A stretch of DNA of 56,419 nt from IMG/VR virus record IMGVR_UViG_3300021354_000009, positions 1 through 56,419 of that record; one strand, given 5' to 3'. The stretch comes from a virus. Taxonomy: Duplodnaviria > Caudoviricetes. Positions 55,415 to 56,419 of this stretch are shown piece by piece. The notes under the pieces were generated by a model. The model was not told the DNA's origin. It searched no databases and worked only from the letters and a program-made list of their open reading frames with translations. A program made the position numbers and the translations under genes. Position 1 is the stretch's first letter; each line of letters starts with the position of its first letter.

Positions 55415-55562
55415 CTTTGGGCTTTTCGTCCAGTTCAACTGGGGGTTGATTCTTGGCTTCGGTCTGAATAGTCTCAATCATTTGGAACACCTCTTGATAG
55501 GGGCGTGTTCCAAGATAGCCAAGGATCTGGTTTACTAGTTCAACTGATAATTGCAATTTCAT
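55407..55562 (-). CDS. Small conserved phage protein
   Basis: ILGYLGTRPYQEVFQMI; AAGGA RBS. Confidence 0.65.
   Translation of the reverse strand: MKLQLSVELVNQILGYLGTRPYQEVFQMIETIQTEAKNQPPVELDEKPKDE
55430..55442. repeat. Dispersed palindrome CCAGTTSAACTGG
   Basis: Exact match. Confidence 0.85.
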
Positions 55563-55572
55563 GTTATTCCTT

Positions 55573-56025
55573 TTATGCCAAACAAATCTCACGCATTAGC
55601 CAACTCTCTTTTGAGAGCTTCATCATCTTGGCAACTTCTTCTGCGTAGTACTGCATACTAAACGTGCCATTGACCCGAACATTGTAATTTTCTGGGGGTA
55701 CAAATAACTTGTTTGTATCTTCAAACCGACCCTCTTTGATGCGGTCTACCCATACAACAAAGTCAGGTGCAAACGCCTCTCTTGTCTCTGGCGTAGGGCA
55801 TACAAAGTCAGCAATCACATAAGCACCGTATCTAGATGCTATGTCGCACAACACGCCCATACGTCTGGCTTGCTCTAACCTGTCGGCTATGCTGAACCCC
55901 AAGTCTTTGTTGATCTCTTTGCGTATCTCGTCAGCATTGAAGTGGACGCACATAAGCTCCCTAGCCAAAGCCGTGGCCAGAGTTGTCTTGCCTGAGCCGG
56001 GCAAACCCATGATTAGTATCTTCAT
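55573..56025 (-). CDS. cysC: Adenylylsulfate (APS) kinase-like P-loop kinase
   Basis: MGLPGSGKTTLA, NADEIRK, DLGFSIADR and ADFVCP match CysC motifs (GLSGSGKST, DGDNIR, DLGFSxxDR, SFISP). Confidence 0.8.
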   Translation of the reverse strand: MKILIMGLPGSGKTTLATALARELMCVHFNADEIRKEINKDLGFSIADRLEQARRMGVLCDIASRYGAYVIADFVCPTPETREAFAPDFVVWVDRIKEGRFEDTNKLFVPPENYNVRVNGTFSMQYYAEEVAKMMKLSKESWLMREICLA

Positions 56026-56419
56026 TTGACAGCCCTCATCTTAATCATTGTGTGCAAAGCGACGTTGTTGGCTTCACGCATCAAACGACGGAACATGAAC
56101 TGCTCGTCGTGCGTCATAGTGCCGTTCTCGGTCTTTTGCTTCATCATGTCTACCATGTTCTGGTAGAACGGGTCGTACTCAAAGTCGTACCATTCCATGT
56201 CAAAGTCGATGCCGTACTTCAAAGCCATGCCTGAACTGGAGCCATAGGCTTCCTTGTGCTCTTCGCAATGCTTCTTTGAGAATAGGTACATCCCACTCAC
56301 AGTGATTGGACGCTTGTGCGTTGGATCACCGTAGAAGTTATCGTGGAAGTGGTGAGGCACTACGATATCCAAGAGAGCGCCATTCTTGCAGACGCGGTGC
56401 AGTTCCTTCATCAACGGGA
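56022..56419 (-). CDS. Class I SAM-dependent methyltransferase, 3' part
   Basis: MKELHRVCKNGALLDIVVPH...DPTH; joins in frame to 314..134 across the junction. Confidence 0.88.
   Translation of the reverse strand, partial: PLMKELHRVCKNGALLDIVVPHHFHDNFYGDPTHKRPITVSGMYLFSKKHCEEHKEAYGSSSGMALKYGIDFDMEWYDFEYDPFYQNMVDMMKQKTENGTMTHDEQFMFRRLMREANNVALHTMIKMRAVK
56294..56419 (+). repeat. Terminal overlap, copy 2
   Basis: Identical to 8-133. Confidence 0.97.

Noticed and set aside
30-56234. Numerous short ORFs antisense to or nested in long genes
   Set aside because: Shadow ORFs of genes that have clear motifs on the coding strand.

Overview
The window is a complete, circularly permuted tailed-phage genome of about 56,286 bp. 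Positions 8-133 repeat 56294-56419 exactly, and the first 7 nt (GAGACAG) look like a Nextera/Tn5 adapter remnant. The gene set points to a podovirus-type phage: TerS, TerL, portal, GroES, scaffold, Mu gpT-like major capsid, two adaptor-type proteins, nozzle, large ejection proteins (one with an SLT domain), holin and an M15 endolysin. Replication and recombination genes are ParB-like/HTH, SF2 helicase, Toprim primase, SSB-like, PD-(D/E)XK exonuclease and RuvC-like. I see no DNA polymerase, integrase, tRNA, CRISPR or reverse transcriptase; the host is probably Gram-negative (inference). Four things stand out. (1) Once the circle is closed, the tail operon carries a sulfotransferase-TPR-GT9 glycosyltransferase fusion, an APS kinase (the PAPS maker) and a SAM methyltransferase, interleaved with four 7-bladed RCC1 propellers: a candidate virion sulfo-glycosylation system. 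(2) The 13-bp palindrome CCAGTT(G/C)AACTGG occurs exactly 8 times, three of them in tandem inside the ParB-like gene. (3) An x-[A/K]-x-G-G-x-V peptide motif recurs about 27 times across head and ejection proteins and divides a 1083-aa protein like a polyprotein. (4) Two C4/P4-CI-like structured leader RNAs flank the replication operon. All family calls come from motifs read by eye, not from database searches.
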